64,000 nt of DNA, taken from the NCBI GenBank assembly GCA_963716175.1, contig OY970296.1:2976001-3040000 (forward strand), given 5' to 3'. Numbering within the stretch: position 1 is the first letter of the stretch; every line of letters starts with the position of its first letter. The notes beneath the pieces were generated by a model. The model worked only from the letters and a program-made list of their open reading frames with translations. It had not been told where the DNA came from and ran no database searches. This document shows, in pieces, positions 1 through 10,200 of this stretch. This DNA is from an uncultured Armatimonadetes bacterium. Its GTDB lineage: Bacteria; Armatimonadota; Hebobacteria; Hebobacterales; Hebobacteraceae. Position numbers and translations under genes: made by a program.

Positions 1-790
1 GGTCCGCCCAGCCCTCGCCGATTACCTCGACCGCTGGGCGGGCTTTGCAGCGCACACGGCCGACCAGGTGATCACCTGCTCGCATCACTCCTGCCGGGAG
101 ATCAGCCGGGTCTATGGGATATCGCCACAGCGCATCACGGTGATCAATGAAGCGCCCGGCCCCCAGTTCCGCCCGGCAGACCGGTCGCACGCCGCATCCC
201 GAGTGCATGACAGGCTCGGGCTGGATGCGGGCTATGTCCTTTATGTCGGGGCGCTGGAACCGAAGAAGAACATCGACGGCCTCCTGGACGCTTTCGCCCA
301 GTTGCTGCGGAACGGGCGAGTCCCGCCGGGGATGACACTGGCCCTGGTGGGGGGTGAAGGGGGCATGCCTTATGATGTGGATCAGGCGGTGCGCTTGCGC
401 AGCCTCGGAGAATCCGTGAGAGCACTAGGTTACGTGGCAGATGAGGAGCTGCCTTTCCTCTACCGCGCGGCCGGCGTGTTCGTCTATCCCTCGTTCTACG
501 AGGGATTCGGGCTGCCTCCCCTGGAGGCGATGGCCTGCGGCACTCCGACTGTGGTCTCCAATGCCACCTCCCTTCCAGAAGTGGTCGGTGACGGAGCGCT
601 GCTGGCCGATCCCGAGCATCCGTCCGAAATCGCAGGAGCCATGGAGAAGGTACTGCTAGACCCGGCGTTTGCGTCGGCGCTATCGGCGCGAGGACGGGCG
701 CGGGCCGCTCAGTTCAGCTGGGAGGAAACTGCCCGGTCGACTCTGCAGGTCTATCAGCGCGCGGCCGGCGGCACGAAGGCAGCGGCCTGA
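1..790 (+). CDS. GT4 family glycosyltransferase (5' end lies outside the window)
   Basis: Frame is open from position 2 ([12 protein letters not shown]...). GT4 C-terminal motifs [11 protein letters not shown] and [19 protein letters not shown]. Confidence 0.9.
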   Translation, partial: VRPALADYLDRWAGFAAHTADQVITCSHHSCREISRVYGISPQRITVINEAPGPQFRPADRSHAASRVHDRLGLDAGYVLYVGALEPKKNIDGLLDAFAQLLRNGRVPPGMTLALVGGEGGMPYDVDQAVRLRSLGESVRALGYVADEELPFLYRAAGVFVYPSFYEGFGLPPLEAMACGTPTVVSNATSLPEVVGDGALLADPEHPSEIAGAMEKVLLDPAFASALSARGRARAAQFSWEETARSTLQVYQRAAGGTKAAA

Positions 791-1965
791 TGCGCGTGCT
801 GATGCTATGCTCAGAGTACCCGCCGGCCAAGGTCTTTGGCCTGGGACGGGCAGTGCACGATCTGTCCCGTGCCCTTGCTGCGCGTGGAGACGATGTGCAC
901 GTCCTCACCAACAGCCTGGGGGGACGCGACCAGGACGTGGTTGTGGACGGAGTCCGCGTCCATCGCGTCAACTTCCCGAACCCACCTCGCCCGCCGGATG
1001 CCACCTCCTGCGTCATCCAATTCAACATCAGCCTGCTGGAGCGCGCTCAGGCGTTGCTGCCTTCGCTGGGGGATCTGGACCTGATCCATGCTCACGACTG
1101 GCTCGTCGCTCTCGCCGGGGTGTACCTGAGCGATCAGCTCCAGGTGCAGCTGGTAACTACCTTCCACGATACCGCCATGGGGAAGTACTTCGGCAACCTG
1201 AACCGGGAGCAGCAGTACATCTCGTTCTCGGAGCGCTGGCTGGCCGGCGCATCTAGCCGAGTGATCGCCTGCAGCAGCCACGTCAGAGATGAGCTCATCC
1301 AGCACTGCGGTACCCGGGCCTCCCAGATCGATGTCATCCCCTGCGGGGTGGACCCGGACCCGTTTGAGGTCACGGTGAACCTGTCGGCGTTCCGCACTGT
1401 GCTTGCCGGCCCCGAGGAGCGGATCATCCTCTATGTAGGTCGTCTGGACCCGGAGAAGGGAGTGGACGTGCTCGTGCGCGCCTTCGCTCTCCTGGGCGCC
1501 GAGGCCGGTGATCTCCGACTGGTGATCGCGGGAGAAGGGCAAAGGCTCCAGGAGTTGCAGCAGCTGGCCGAAGAGGTGGGACTGGAAGAGAAGGTGACAT
1601 TCCTGGGATACGTCAGCCATACGGCACTGGCAGCAGTCTACCGGGCTGCGGAACTGGTCGTGGTGCCCAGCCTTTATGAACCCTTTGGCATGGTAGCGCT
1701 GGAGGCGATGGCGGCGGGCCGTCCGGTGGTAGCGACGGAGATCGGAGGGCTGTCCGAGATCGTGGTTCTGGAGCGAACGGGGCTACTGGTGGCAGCCGGA
1801 GACGAACGGGCGCTGGCGGCAGGGATGGACCGAGTACTGCGGGAGCCTGGGCTGTCCGCAGCATTGGGCGCTGCTGGTCGAGAGCGCGCGTTGCGGGAGT
1901 ACTCGTGGCAGCATGTGGCCCAGCAGACCAGCCAGTGCTACTCACGGAGCGCGAGTTCCGCATAG
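790..1965 (+). CDS. GT4 family glycosyltransferase
   Basis: [47 protein letters not shown]. Start overlaps the upstream stop (TGATG). Confidence 0.93.
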   Translation: MRVLMLCSEYPPAKVFGLGRAVHDLSRALAARGDDVHVLTNSLGGRDQDVVVDGVRVHRVNFPNPPRPPDATSCVIQFNISLLERAQALLPSLGDLDLIHAHDWLVALAGVYLSDQLQVQLVTTFHDTAMGKYFGNLNREQQYISFSERWLAGASSRVIACSSHVRDELIQHCGTRASQIDVIPCGVDPDPFEVTVNLSAFRTVLAGPEERIILYVGRLDPEKGVDVLVRAFALLGAEAGDLRLVIAGEGQRLQELQQLAEEVGLEEKVTFLGYVSHTALAAVYRAAELVVVPSLYEPFGMVALEAMAAGRPVVATEIGGLSEIVVLERTGLLVAAGDERALAAGMDRVLREPGLSAALGAAGRERALREYSWQHVAQQTSQCYSRSASSA

Positions 1966-2023
1966 CGGCGGCGGTCCAGCCAGCGCGCCAGGAGAGCATG
2001 ACACGGGACGAGAAGGTGATAGC

Positions 2024-3148
2024 GTGCGGATAGCCATTGACGCCAGACTATTGGGGACTCGAGATACGGGGAGCGCAGTGTACACGCGCGCCCTGCTGCA
2101 GGCGCTGGCTGAACTGCCGGTCTCGCACGACTTCGCGCTCATCTGCAGCGCTGGCATCCAGGGTGCTTGGCACCCAGGTCGCCGGTTCGCCTGGCTGGAG
2201 ACTCCAGAGGCCACGCTCATGAACGAGCGGTGGGAACAACTAGACCTGCCCGCCCTGGCAGCCGAGGCCAGAGCGGAAGTCTACCTTTCCCTCACCGGGC
2301 TGCTGCCGGCCGTGCAGACGTGCCCCCAGGTGACGCTGATCCACGATGTCGGCGTAGAGGACGAACCTGGCTTCTACCCCACTCCTCTTTGGGAGTACCT
2401 CAGGAAATGGCTGCGCGCGGCCGCCGCTCAGGCCGACCGGGTGGTCACGGTCTCGCAGTTCGCGAAGGTTGGCATTGAGCGGGCATATGACGTCGACGCC
2501 GAACGAATCGACGTGGTCGCTCCCGCAGCAGAGCATCGGTTCCAGCCGGTACCAGATGGACAGGAGCGGAGACTAGTGTTGCTCCATTACGGCCTGGACG
2601 GGCCCTACGTTATCACAGTCGCCGCAGCGCAGCCGAACAAGAATCTCACCGCGGTGCTGGAGGCGTTCTGCTCGGCCGGTGGCACGGCAAGGACCGGCCA
2701 CCGGCTGGCACTAGTGGGAGGTGCAGGAGGCGCGGCGTCAGCCGTGCAAAGGGCCGTCCGCCAGCTGGGCCTGGAGGAGGCAGTTCGGTTCCTGGGGTAC
2801 GTACCGAGGGATCACCTCCCCATGCTCTACAGTGGTGCCAGCTGCTTCCTCTGGGGGTCCCTTTACGAAGGGTTCGGGCTGGCACCGCTGGAAGCGATGG
2901 CCTGCGGCACCCCCGTGGTTTCCTCCAACCGTACAGCAATGCCGGAGGTCCTGGGCGACGCCGCGCTGCTCGTTGACCCGGCCGATGCGGATGCGATGAG
3001 CTGCGCCCTCACTTCCGTGCTGTCTGACCAGTCGCTTCGGAACCAGCTGCGAGAGGCCGGGATAGCAAGGGCCCGCTGCTTCTCCTGGCAGAGGGCTGCA
3101 GAGCAGATGGTGGCCTGTCTAGAGCGGGCAGCGGCAGGGGGATCATGA
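2024..3148 (+). CDS. GT4 family glycosyltransferase
   Basis: GTG start (VRIAIDAR) after AAGGTG RBS; [17 protein letters not shown]. Confidence 0.9.
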   Translation: MRIAIDARLLGTRDTGSAVYTRALLQALAELPVSHDFALICSAGIQGAWHPGRRFAWLETPEATLMNERWEQLDLPALAAEARAEVYLSLTGLLPAVQTCPQVTLIHDVGVEDEPGFYPTPLWEYLRKWLRAAAAQADRVVTVSQFAKVGIERAYDVDAERIDVVAPAAEHRFQPVPDGQERRLVLLHYGLDGPYVITVAAAQPNKNLTAVLEAFCSAGGTARTGHRLALVGGAGGAASAVQRAVRQLGLEEAVRFLGYVPRDHLPMLYSGASCFLWGSLYEGFGLAPLEAMACGTPVVSSNRTAMPEVLGDAALLVDPADADAMSCALTSVLSDQSLRNQLREAGIARARCFSWQRAAEQMVACLERAAAGGS

Positions 3149-4401
3149 TGCGGAGCCGCGGCGGTGACGAGCGACTCAATTCCCAGACGACGGTAGCCGG
3201 ATCAGGGGATCGCCCCCTTCGCGTGCTCATGCTGGCGCCCAAGCCTGGCAGCGAGAGCGCGTTCGCCCTTGACTGGCATGTCCCTGGTCTGGCACGGGCG
3301 CTTTCAGCGCGTGGTTGCGAGGTGCATCTGGCCGGCGGCGGCCCACATACTGGCAAGCGTCTCGCGCAAGGGAGGGTTCGCCTCTACTCCGGGCAGCGGC
3401 GCCCACCATTTCGCGCTCCCGGCCCCATCTCGGACGCGCTGCAGGAGCAGGCCGGCCTGGTGGCAGCTGTGTTTCAGGCAGACGCGGATGTCGGTGCTTT
3501 CGATGTGCTGCATGCCCACGGCTGGGCCGGCGCCGCTGCCGCCCATGCCCTCAAGCGCGTGTCAGGATCGCCGCTAGTTTTCACCCTCCATCGGCTGGAG
3601 CATCTGGAACCGGACAGCCAGCAGCCGGAGGAACTCGCCTACATCCGGGAGGTCTACGCCTGGATCTGCCAGGAGGCGGAGCGGGTGATCTGCCTGTCTC
3701 GCTTCGTCATCGGGGAGGCTGCGCAGGCATACGGGCTGCCGTCCGACAAAGCACACCTGTGCCCAGTAGCGGTGGATGCAGAGGATTTGCAGACTGGTGC
3801 CGATATTGCCGCCTTCCGGGAGTTGTTCGGGGCCGGGCAGGGGAGGCTGATCACTTTCGCCGGTCGGCTCACCCGCGCTAAGGGCCCTCAGGTCCTCTTG
3901 GAGGCATTCCCGTACATACAGGCGGTCGTGCCTGATGTGAGAATGGCGATCTCTGGCGAAGGGCCTTTGGGTGCATGGCTTCTCCGGCGAGCCCAGGAGT
4001 TGGGTGTGGAGGCGGAGGTTACGTTCACCGGCTATCTGCGGGGCAAGGTGTTGGCGACGCTGCTGCGGTCAAGCGATGTTTTCGTTGCCCCAAGCCTCGT
4101 GGAGGCCTCAGGCCAGGCTGCGGCCGAGGCCATGAACTGTGGCACGGCAGTGGTGGCATCCGCCGGGGGCGGCCTGCGGGAGCTGATCGCTAACGAGGAA
4201 GATGGGCTGCTGGTTCCTCCAGACAACCCCAAAGCCCTGGCTGCCGGGGTGGTGAGGATGCTCTACGATGGTGATCTGCGCGGGAGGCTGTCAGCGAACG
4301 GCCGGCGACGCGTCATGGCCGGCCACTTGTGGCAGAGGGCGGTGGACGCCACCTTGCAGGCCTATGCCATTGCCCGAAAAGCGCGGTCGGATCTGCCCTG
4401 A
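3145..4401 (+). CDS. GT4 family glycosyltransferase
   Basis: LHAHGW, FAGRLTRAKG, PSLVEASGQAAAEAMNCG. Paralogous to 790..1965. Confidence 0.88.
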   Translation: MMRSRGGDERLNSQTTVAGSGDRPLRVLMLAPKPGSESAFALDWHVPGLARALSARGCEVHLAGGGPHTGKRLAQGRVRLYSGQRRPPFRAPGPISDALQEQAGLVAAVFQADADVGAFDVLHAHGWAGAAAAHALKRVSGSPLVFTLHRLEHLEPDSQQPEELAYIREVYAWICQEAERVICLSRFVIGEAAQAYGLPSDKAHLCPVAVDAEDLQTGADIAAFRELFGAGQGRLITFAGRLTRAKGPQVLLEAFPYIQAVVPDVRMAISGEGPLGAWLLRRAQELGVEAEVTFTGYLRGKVLATLLRSSDVFVAPSLVEASGQAAAEAMNCGTAVVASAGGGLRELIANEEDGLLVPPDNPKALAAGVVRMLYDGDLRGRLSANGRRRVMAGHLWQRAVDATLQAYAIARKARSDLP

Positions 4402-4413
4402 CGGAGCCAGGCA

Positions 4414-4788
4414 GTGTACAGTGACGTGATACAGGATCACTTCTTCAATCCCCGCAATGCCGGCGAGCTGGAGAACGCTGACGGCGTAGGTACGGAAGGC
4501 AGCCCGGGCTCTGGCAACTTCATGGTAGTTGCGGTGCGGGTGCGAGCCGGCCTGATCGAGGCCGCAAGGTTCCAGACCTATGGCTGTGCCGGCGCCATCG
4601 CGGCCGGCAGCTATCTCACCGAGTGGATCACCGGGCTGAGGGCAGAAGAGGCCGCTGCCATTACGCCCGGGGAGCTGGACAAGCAGCTGGGGGGTCTGCC
4701 TCTGGGAAAGGAACACTGCGCCGCCTTGGCGGTGGGCGCGCTGCGCCGAGCCCTTGAGAGCGTGGGGATAGGCCGCGGACCTGGGTAG
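4414..4788 (+). CDS. IscU/NifU N-terminal-like Fe-S scaffold protein (first Cys substituted)
   Basis: YSDVIQDHFFNPRNAG, ARFQTYGCAGAIA, LGGLP..KEHCA. The usual GNPxCGD reads GSPGSGN. Confidence 0.85.
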   Translation: MYSDVIQDHFFNPRNAGELENADGVGTEGSPGSGNFMVVAVRVRAGLIEAARFQTYGCAGAIAAGSYLTEWITGLRAEEAAAITPGELDKQLGGLPLGKEHCAALAVGALRRALESVGIGRGPG

Positions 4789-4826
4789 GCCGCACGCTGC
4801 TTGCCCCAGAGATTTGCCCCAGAGCC

Positions 4827-4857
4827 TTGACGAGGCAAGTGGTTTGTAGTATATACT
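4827..4857 (+). promoter_or_regulatory. possible sigma70-type promoter upstream of the Rhs locus
   Basis: TTGACG at 4827, then TATATA (17-nt spacer) or TATACT (19-nt spacer) in an AT-rich patch. Preceded by a direct repeat TTGCCCCAGAG x2 (4801, 4814). Confidence 0.45.
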
Positions 4858-5160
4858 CTGTGGGCGCGGTGCCAGCGTGATAGAGGCAAGCGTTTAGCCT
4901 GCTGTCACCGCGGCCTTGGGGGGGAATATGGGCTGGTCGGCTGAAACCGAACCGCGGGCCCGCGACTGGCGTCGTTCACCCCTGCGCGCTCCTTACTCTA
5001 CTGCCTCTCACAGTCGTGCCGCGGGCCAGCCTGCATGCATCCGTCCATCGATTCCCTGTCGAGGCTCAGCAGGCGCCGCGTGTTGGGCTGAATGTCCTCG
5101 CTATGCCCGCGACGCAGTTGGCGGGAGATGACGGATCGCGAGTGTTGATGAATTGGAGCG

Positions 5161-5433
5161 ATGACGATGGCCGAGAGGGCTGAGTGGCAGCATCTTGGGG
5201 ACGAGTCGCGGCCGGAGCGCCTGTGGTACCTGGCTTCCGAACTCGATGCTAGCCTGGAGGGGATGCAGCAGCGGCGCAAGCAGAAGCGGGCACGTTTGGA
5301 GCTGGCTGGCATGATCCTGGCGCAGGGTCAGGATGAAGACTGGACCAGATCCGAGCGAGACATCAGCGGTCCACCGGAGGCCTATCCCAAGGGGGTGTCA
5401 CCAGCGAGCGGCGCACTGCACACGGGAGCATGA
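5161..5433 (+). CDS. small hypothetical protein
   Basis: GGAG RBS before ATG. Stop is 4 nt before the Rhs start. No recognisable motif. Confidence 0.4.
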   Translation: MTMAERAEWQHLGDESRPERLWYLASELDASLEGMQQRRKQKRARLELAGMILAQGQDEDWTRSERDISGPPEAYPKGVSPASGALHTGA

Positions 5434-5437
5434 AAAG

Positions 5438-7255
5438 ATGGCAGACGAGCATGGAAGGCGCGAGTTGAAGGCTGAGGAGCCCGAAGGGAAGGGGCCGGTG
5501 CAGGCGGAGGGCGCATCCCCTATGCCCACCACGGAGGAGGGCCCACGTCCGCCGGAGGTGAATCGCGCAGGGGCACTGTCCCGGGCGGCGCTGCCTCTGG
5601 GCGCCGGCGTGTTCTTGGACCTCGCTACCGGCGGCCTCTCCCTGGACCCGGATATGTACCTGCCCAGCCGGGGCATGGATGTGGAGCTGCGCTTCTACTA
5701 CAACAGCGACGACCCCTACAACGTCAACTTCGGCTACGCTCGCACCATGTCTCTGAATCGGTTTCTGGAGATCGACACCCCTTCAGCTAACAAGGTGACT
5801 GTGCACCTGGGGACAGGTCGCCGGGATGTCTACTCGTTGACCAGCGGGATCTACAAGCCTGCGCCCGGAGCGTATGACACGCTCACGAAGACGGATAGCA
5901 CGTGGGGACTGCGGCGCGCCCGAGACCAGGTGTACTTCGCCTACGATGCCGCGGGACGGCTCTCGTACATCAAGGATCTCAATGGGAACACCCACACCAT
6001 CGCCCGTGATGGCAGCAACCGCATCAGCAGCCTGATGGACGGCGCGGGAAGGCTGGTCACTTTCACCTACGATGGCAACCGGCTGAACAAGGTGCTGGAC
6101 TGGGCTGGCCGCTACCAGTACTTCAGCTACGATGGCGCTGGCAACCTCACCAAGGTGATAGGCCCCACCCTGTGCGTCACCTCCTACGGCTATGACGGGA
6201 GCCACCGGCTGACCACCATCATCGACCCGGATGGATACGTGTTCACCTACGAGTATGATAGCAGCTCCGGCCGGGTGACGGGGTACGTTCGCCCGGGAGG
6301 GGAGCGCTCCGTCTTCACCTATCCGTCGACGGGGCTGACCGCCAAGATCGACGCCCTTGGGCAGGTCACCTATTACCACTATGATGCCAACCGCGATATC
6401 ACCTCGCTCACAGACGCCTCGGGGAACACTACCACTTACACCTACGGCACCTGGCGGGAACTGCAGAAGGTCAAGGACGCAGAGGGCCGGGTCACCACCT
6501 ACACCGTTGACATTGGCGTGGGCCGCGGTCTAGTGACTGCGGTTTTCGATCCCAGGGGAGGCATCACCTACTACGATTACAACAGCCAAAACCGCATGAC
6601 CAAGTGGACGGACCCTTTGCACCGGGTGACGACCTACCACTACGATGCCAGAGGCAATCTGGATTACGTTATCGACCGCACCGGCAGCATGACCACATAT
6701 ACCTACGACGGCTACGGCAATCGGACCTCCATGATTGATCCCTTCGGCCGCACTACCACCTATGATTACGACTCGAACGGCAACTTGATTGCGGTGGGCG
6801 ATCCCCTGCGGCATACCACCACCTTCGACTACGATCCGGCAGGGAACGTGAAGCTTCGGACCAATGCCCTCGGTAAGACTACCTACTACGAATACGATAA
6901 CATGGCCCGACTGACCAAGATTACCGATCCGGACAACAACATCACCCAGTACGCCTACGACGGGCGGGGCAATCGCACTCTGGAGGTGGATGCCAAGGGT
7001 AATCGGACCACCTACCAGTACGATGGCAACTCGCGGCTGGTGCAGATGATCGACGCCTTGGGCCAGACCACCACCTATGATTACGACCAAGAGGGCCGGC
7101 AGATCAGGATAGTGGATGCTGAGAACAATGCCACCTTCTTCGACTACGACGCTGTGGGCCGGCAGACGGGCATGAGGGACGAAGCGGATCGACGGGTGCG
7201 GCGTTCCTACAGCAAGACGGGTAACCTGCGGCGGCGGGTGGCGAGCCGCGGTTAG
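5438..7255 (+). CDS. Rhs/YD-repeat protein, N-terminal half of the shell (DUF6531-like start, no Rhs core or C-terminal tip)
   Basis: DLATGGLSL..DMYLPSRGMDVELRFYYNS..FGYA (DUF6531-like), then many YDxxGN/R repeats. Ends without a DPxG motif. Confidence 0.88.
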   Translation: MADEHGRRELKAEEPEGKGPVQAEGASPMPTTEEGPRPPEVNRAGALSRAALPLGAGVFLDLATGGLSLDPDMYLPSRGMDVELRFYYNSDDPYNVNFGYARTMSLNRFLEIDTPSANKVTVHLGTGRRDVYSLTSGIYKPAPGAYDTLTKTDSTWGLRRARDQVYFAYDAAGRLSYIKDLNGNTHTIARDGSNRISSLMDGAGRLVTFTYDGNRLNKVLDWAGRYQYFSYDGAGNLTKVIGPTLCVTSYGYDGSHRLTTIIDPDGYVFTYEYDSSSGRVTGYVRPGGERSVFTYPSTGLTAKIDALGQVTYYHYDANRDITSLTDASGNTTTYTYGTWRELQKVKDAEGRVTTYTVDIGVGRGLVTAVFDPRGGITYYDYNSQNRMTKWTDPLHRVTTYHYDARGNLDYVIDRTGSMTTYTYDGYGNRTSMIDPFGRTTTYDYDSNGNLIAVGDPLRHTTTFDYDPAGNVKLRTNALGKTTYYEYDNMARLTKITDPDNNITQYAYDGRGNRTLEVDAKGNRTTYQYDGNSRLVQMIDALGQTTTYDYDQEGRQIRIVDAENNATFFDYDAVGRQTGMRDEADRRVRRSYSKTGNLRRRVASRG

Positions 7256-7265
7256 GGGGCGATTC

Positions 7266-10200
7266 ATGGGAAGACATCAGATTGCCGGGCTGATCAGTGG
7301 AGTAGCGGAGAAAGCGGTGGAGGCTGGGGATCTGGTGAAGATCGCCGGGGGCGGGCTGCGCCACCTGCTGCGCAAGGGGGATGGGGAGGGGGTTTTGGTG
7401 TCCCGGCGGGACGGATTGGCCTGGGTGGAGCGGGAGACAGTCCAGCTGGAGCGGCAGACCGGGAGTGGGCGGAATCGCAAGTGGCAGGCGGTGGGCGGGC
7501 ACCGGGGGGCGCGGGCGGAAGGGGGCCGGTCGGTACGGGAGATGGGGGACGGTGCTGCTGACGCTGAGAGCTGGTACGAGAGCCGGCCGGAGGCGCCGCT
7601 GAAAGTGCGGTTTCGCATCACCGCGAAGCAGAAGGGGAGCTACCGGCTGCGCTGGAGCTTACAGGGGATGCGTGGTGAGGAGACGGCGGGGGCGCTGAGC
7701 AGTGGGCTGCGGTATGTGGATGGGGGGCAGGCGTTCGAGGTGGACTGGTCGGACGTGGTGCGGAAGCTGGGCGAGGTGGCCGTGGTGGAGCGGCCTTCCG
7801 GCGGAGGGGTGGAGGTAGTGTTCGGCCCATTCGCCCTGGAGGCGGGCGAACAGATAGAGCTAGACCCGACGCTGGTGGAGCAGGCGATCCAGCTCTTTCC
7901 GTATTCGCTGGAGGGTGTGCCGGCGAACGGCCGGCACCTGGCGCGCACCTCAGACGGGACGCTCTATGTGGTCTACACGAAGACGGTGACGCAAGATTCG
8001 GGATACGGGACTAAGGTCTACGTGGCCAAGTCCAGCGATGGGGGCCAGAACTGGGAGGGCGAGCATGTGGTGTCAGGCGGTGACCTGGGGCCCACGGATG
8101 GCGCCATTGCCTGCGACGGCGACGACAACCTGCATGTAGTGTACCAGGGATGGGATGGGTCAGTCGCTCAGATCTACTACACCGCCTCCTCGGATGGCGG
8201 CGCCAACTGGTCGAGCCCACAGAAAATCGCAAACTGGCCCACCTATGCCCAGGCGCGGCCGGCGGTCGCGGTGGACGGGAGTGACGGCCTACACGTGGTC
8301 TGGCATGGGCCTAGTAGCGACTTCCCCACCAAGGCTCAGATCTGGTACAGCAAGCTGGTCAGCGATTATTGGCAGACGCCGGAGCGGCTTTCAACCAGAG
8401 CTGGGATGAATAACTACGATCAGGCCTTTGCGGCCCTTGCCATTGATTCCAGCGACTACTTGCACGTGGTGTGGCTGGGGAAGGCCGACAACTATAGTAC
8501 GGTCGACCGCATCTGGTACAGCAAATACACCACCGTCTGGTCCCTGGATACTACTCCTGCCACTGATGGTTTCACCGCGGTCTACGAGAGCGGCTACTGG
8601 AAGAAGCGCTGCCCCAGCCTGGTGGTGGACGAGGACAGGAATGCGCACCTGGTATGGCACGGGCTGGCCGAGGAGTATAGCGCAGACGGCCAAGAGCAGA
8701 TCTGGTATCGTAAGCGTACCACTAGCTGGCAGGCTGCTAAGCCGCTCCGTATTCCGTGCTGGCCGGGTATGGTGGGGCTGTTCCCCAGCATTGGGATTGA
8801 CGGCCAGGGCAGGCTGCACGTGCTGTTCAACGGGGGGATGGGCGGAGACTCCAAGGTCTACCACAGCGAATATGACCAGGGGGAGTGGATCGTGCCGGTG
8901 GGGGAGACGGTGGAGGGGCAGGGGCGCCGGCCGACGGTGCGGTGGGCAGGGCATTGGCACAACGGGGACAACCTGGACTGGCTGTGGCTGGGTGGGATGA
9001 CCGTGGCGTACGGAGTTGGTGCCGACAATGAGGATGTCACTAGTGCCAATCGCAAGAGTCAGAGCTTCAAGGCGCCGGAGTCCCGTCCCATCTCCCTGAT
9101 CAGGCTGCTGCTGAAGAAGAACGCGGGCGGCGATCCCAACCGAACCGTAACGGTTGAGATGTACGATGCGGACGCGAATGGCAAGCCCACCGGCACGCTC
9201 AGGGCAAGCGCCACGGCTCCCCTCACGGGCGCCAGCTACACCGATACCGACTTCACTTTCGCGCCGAACGCATTCACGCTCACCGGTGGCAATTCCTACT
9301 GCATTGTGATCTATCCGGATGCTGGCACCATCCAGTGGCAAGTGGACGCTGGCGGGGGTTATGCCGACGGGGTTTTCTCCCACTACGATGCGGGAAGCTC
9401 TCAGTGGGTCGTCGACTCGCCGGCGAAAGACGCGCGCTTCTTCATGGTGCCCTATCTCGACCTGTGCTTCGACTTCGAGGAGATTGATGGTGCCTCTGAT
9501 TACCAGTACGACCCCCTGGGCGAGGTGACGGCGGAGACGGATGCGCTGGGGAACACCACCTACTACTACTACGACGCCAATGGCAACCTCACCGCGCAGG
9601 TGGACCCGCGAGGGAAGACGACCTCCTTCGACTACGACCCGGAGGGCCGGCTGACCAAGGTGACGGATCCCTTGCAGGCGGTGACCACCTATCACTACGA
9701 TCTGCTGGGCCGGCAGGACGGGATGGTGGACGCGGAAGGGGGGATCACCTCTTACTACTACGACGAGGCAGGCCAGCGCACCGCGGTAAGCGATCCGCGC
9801 CAGTATCTGACCTACTTCTATTACGACGCCGCTAACCAGCAGACCGCGGTGGAGGATCCCCAGCACCACTTCACCTACTTCGAATACACCAACCAGGGGC
9901 TGGTGAGGACGGTCCGGGACCCGCTGGGGTACACCACGACCTATGACTACGATCCGGTGGGCAACCGCACCGGGGTGACCGACCCCCGGGGCAACCGCAG
10001 CACCTATGTGTACGACAGCCTCAACCGGGTGACGGCGGAAGTGAATGCGCTGCTGCAGACCAGCAGCTACGAGTACGATAGGGCGGACAACCGCACCGGC
10101 CTGATTGATCCGCGGAGCAAGCGCACCACCTATGTCTACGATGAGGCGGGGCGGATGACCGCCGAGATCAGCCCCGTGTTGCAGACCACCAGCTATGATT

